A DNA stretch of 64,000 nt. Source: an uncultured Methanolobus sp. GTDB taxonomy: Archaea > Halobacteriota > Methanosarcinia > Methanosarcinales > Methanosarcinaceae. Position numbers and translations under genes: made by a program. Positions 60,574 through 64,000 of this stretch are shown here, piece by piece. How positions within the stretch are numbered: position 1 is the first letter of the stretch; each line of letters starts with the position of its first letter. The stretch is from assembly GCA_963675495.1 (NCBI GenBank), contig OY776215.1, positions 960,001 to 1,024,000 on the forward strand. The letters are read 5' to 3'. Under the pieces are notes generated by a model, which searched no databases, was not told where the DNA came from, and worked only from the letters and a program-made list of their open reading frames with translations.

Positions 60574-63216
60574 ATGAACGATATTCCATCTATTCCAAAA
60601 AGAGTCGGTGCCATTAAATTCGGTCTGATATCTCCTCGCGAAGTGAGAAAGATGAGTGTGACCGCCATCATAACTGCAGACACATATGACGATGACGGAT
60701 ACCCAATAGACATGGGTCTTATGGACCTGCGTCTTGGAGTTATTGACCCTGGTTTAAAGTGTAAGACCTGCGGAAGCCGTGCAGGAGAATGCCCAGGGCA
60801 CTTCGGACACATCGACCTAGTTGCACCGGTCATACATGTGGGCTTCAACAAGACCATACGAAAGGCATTACGCTCCATCTGCCGCAATTGTGGCAGACTT
60901 CTACTTACTGCCGAAAAGAAAAATGATTTCCTTGCACAACTGGAAACTTCAAAGGAAATGGGACACCTTCCGGACAATATTATCAATGAGGTCTTCAAGG
61001 AAGCACGAAAATCAAAGAGCTGCCCATACTGCTCAACAGAACAGCTTGAGATCAAGTTCGAAAAGCCCAGTGATTATGTAGAAGACGGACACAAGCTGAC
61101 ACCAACGGAAATACGTGACCGCTTTGAGAATGTACCTGATGAGGATGTAAAAGTCCTTGGAATGGACCCTGAAAGCGCAAGACCCGAATGGATGATCCTC
61201 ACGGTTCTGCCAGTCCCACCAGTAACAGTAAGGCCTTCTATCACTCTGGAATCCGGCCAGCGCAGTGAAGATGACCTGACCCACAAGCTTGTGGACATCA
61301 TCAGGATCAACCAGAGGTTCCAGGAGAACAGGGATGCTGGTGCACCACAACTTATTATAGAGGACCTGTGGGAATTGCTTCAGTACCATGTTACAACATT
61401 CTTTGATAATGAAGTATCAGGCGTACCACCTGCAAGACACAGATCAGGAAGACCACTGAAGACACTTACCCAGCGTCTTAAGGGTAAGGAAGGAAGGTTC
61501 AGAGGAAGTCTGTCAGGTAAGCGTGTGAACTTCTCAGCCCGTACTGTAGTATCCCCGGACCCTAACCTTAGTATTAACGAAGTGGGAGTTCCTTTTGCAA
61601 TTGCAAGACAGATGACAATACCTGAAAGGGTAACAACAAGGAACCTTGAACTACTGCGTATGTATGTGCAGCGTGGCAGCTCGGTGCACCCCGGTGCAAA
61701 CTACGCTATACGCGATGACGGAAGGCGTATAAGAGTATCAGAGATCAACAAGGAAGAGCTTGCAGAGAAGATAGAGGTCGGATGGACAGTCGAAAGACAG
61801 CTTATGGATGGGGATATTGTTCTCTTTAACAGACAGCCTTCCCTTCACAAGATGAGTATCATGGCTCACAGGGTCAAGGTACTTCCAAACAAGACATTCA
61901 GGCTTAACCCTGCAGTATGCGCGCCATACAACGCTGACTTTGACGGCGATGAAATGAACATGCACGTTCTCCAGACCGAAGAATCCAGGGCAGAAGCCAG
62001 CATTCTAATGCAAGTACAGGAGAATATCCTGTCCCCTCGTTTCGGCGGACCTATCATCGGCGGTATACACGACCACATCTCCGGATTGTTCCTGCTCACA
62101 AGGAACGAGAACGCCATCACCAAGAATGCAGCTCTTGAACTACTCAGGAAATCAGACATTAGAGTCCTTCCCGAACCTGCAAGTTACGCTGAAAACGGAG
62201 AACCACTATGGAACGGAAAACAGATCTTCAGTCAGATCCTGCCAAAGGGACTCTATCTGGAGTTCCCCGCACAGGCCTGTTTCAAGTGCGAGACCTGCAA
62301 AAAGAAGGATTGCGAATATAATGCCTATGTTGTCATAGAAGATGGGGAAATGCTTCAGGGCACTATTGATGAACAGGCTATTGGTGCTTTTAAAGGCAAA
62401 ATCCTTGATAAAGTTGTGAAAGAATACAGCCCTGAAGCAGGTGCCAAGTTCGTAGATGACTTTACAAGACTCGCCATTCGCGGTGTGATGAAGACAGGAC
62501 TCAGTTTTGGTATTAGTGACGAAGATATACCCAAGACTGCAAAATTGCAGATCAATAATCTCCTTAAAGAAGCTGAAGACAAAGTAAGAGCACTAATTGA
62601 AGCTTATGAAGCAAAAGAGCTGGAACCTTTGCCAGGACGTACACTCAAAGAAACCATCGAAATGAAGATCATGCAAGAACTTGGTAAGGCCAGAGATCAG
62701 ACCGGTAACATTGCAGGTCAGCAGCTTGGTCTTGAAAACTCTGCTGTGTTGATGGCAAAGTCTGGTGCAAGAGGTTCAATGCTTAACCTTACCCAGATGG
62801 CTGCCTGTGTCGGACAACAGGCGGTTCGTGGTGAAAGGATAAGAAGAGGCTATGCAGGAAGGACACTCCCACACTTTGACAAAGGTGACCTTGGTGCAGA
62901 TGCTCACGGATTCGTCAAAGCAAGTTACAAGAGCGGGCTTAATCCGACAGAATATTTCTTCCACGCAATTGGTGGTCGTGAAGGTCTTGTGGACACTGCT
63001 GTCCGTACTTCCCAATCAGGTTACCTGCAAAGAAGACTTGTAAACGCGTTGCAGGATCTTGAGGTCCAGTATGACGGTTCAGTACGTGAGACACGTGGTG
63101 TGGTCGTACAATTCAAGTACGGAGAAGATGGTATTGATTCCACAAAGAGTGACTACAGCAAACCTGAGGCAATCCACAGAATTGTCAGAATGGTCACCGG
63201 GAAAGAGGTGAACTAA
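60574..63216 (+). CDS. rpoA1: RNA polymerase subunit A' (Rpo1N)
   Basis: CPGHFGHI, YNADFDGDEMN catalytic motif, SGYLQRRL. Confidence 0.97.
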   Translation: MNDIPSIPKRVGAIKFGLISPREVRKMSVTAIITADTYDDDGYPIDMGLMDLRLGVIDPGLKCKTCGSRAGECPGHFGHIDLVAPVIHVGFNKTIRKALRSICRNCGRLLLTAEKKNDFLAQLETSKEMGHLPDNIINEVFKEARKSKSCPYCSTEQLEIKFEKPSDYVEDGHKLTPTEIRDRFENVPDEDVKVLGMDPESARPEWMILTVLPVPPVTVRPSITLESGQRSEDDLTHKLVDIIRINQRFQENRDAGAPQLIIEDLWELLQYHVTTFFDNEVSGVPPARHRSGRPLKTLTQRLKGKEGRFRGSLSGKRVNFSARTVVSPDPNLSINEVGVPFAIARQMTIPERVTTRNLELLRMYVQRGSSVHPGANYAIRDDGRRIRVSEINKEELAEKIEVGWTVERQLMDGDIVLFNRQPSLHKMSIMAHRVKVLPNKTFRLNPAVCAPYNADFDGDEMNMHVLQTEESRAEASILMQVQENILSPRFGGPIIGGIHDHISGLFLLTRNENAITKNAALELLRKSDIRVLPEPASYAENGEPLWNGKQIFSQILPKGLYLEFPAQACFKCETCKKKDCEYNAYVVIEDGEMLQGTIDEQAIGAFKGKILDKVVKEYSPEAGAKFVDDFTRLAIRGVMKTGLSFGISDEDIPKTAKLQINNLLKEAEDKVRALIEAYEAKELEPLPGRTLKETIEMKIMQELGKARDQTGNIAGQQLGLENSAVLMAKSGARGSMLNLTQMAACVGQQAVRGERIRRGYAGRTLPHFDKGDLGADAHGFVKASYKSGLNPTEYFFHAIGGREGLVDTAVRTSQSGYLQRRLVNALQDLEVQYDGSVRETRGVVVQFKYGEDGIDSTKSDYSKPEAIHRIVRMVTGKEVN

Positions 63217-64000
<784 letters not shown>

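Overview
Archaeal (methanogen) chromosomal DNA, most likely family Methanosarcinaceae and Methanolobus-like (inferred from gene content: rps24e/rps27ae, split rpoB''/B'/A'/A'', PGF-pre-PGF surface proteins, pok/pps). Between a ribosomal-protein operon end (1-906) and housekeeping genes (35.8-64 kb: KEOPS, CoA biosynthesis, SAH recycling, tRNA-Lys, RNA polymerase) lies a ~34 kb block of secreted surface proteins. The first ~25 kb carries a DUF2162 / MotA-ExbB / DUF2149 membrane module followed by FOUR tandem, giant, signal-peptide-bearing, C-terminally anchored CobN/ChlH-type chelatase paralogs. These have multiplied N-terminal domains and different metal-site motifs, and one is interrupted by a single in-frame TAA. 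The module resembles the Bacteroidetes hmuSTUV heme-dechelation system without its outer-membrane parts. Three of the chelatase units are preceded by a ~70-nt two-hairpin element with a conserved CCGCCAA loop and compensatory base changes, whose second hairpin holds the ribosome-binding site: a candidate undescribed cis-regulatory RNA. Two Kp43-like subtilases follow. Other oddities: an orphan archaellin with a cupredoxin-like insert, and an rpoB'' gene that appears to need a non-canonical ATA start.
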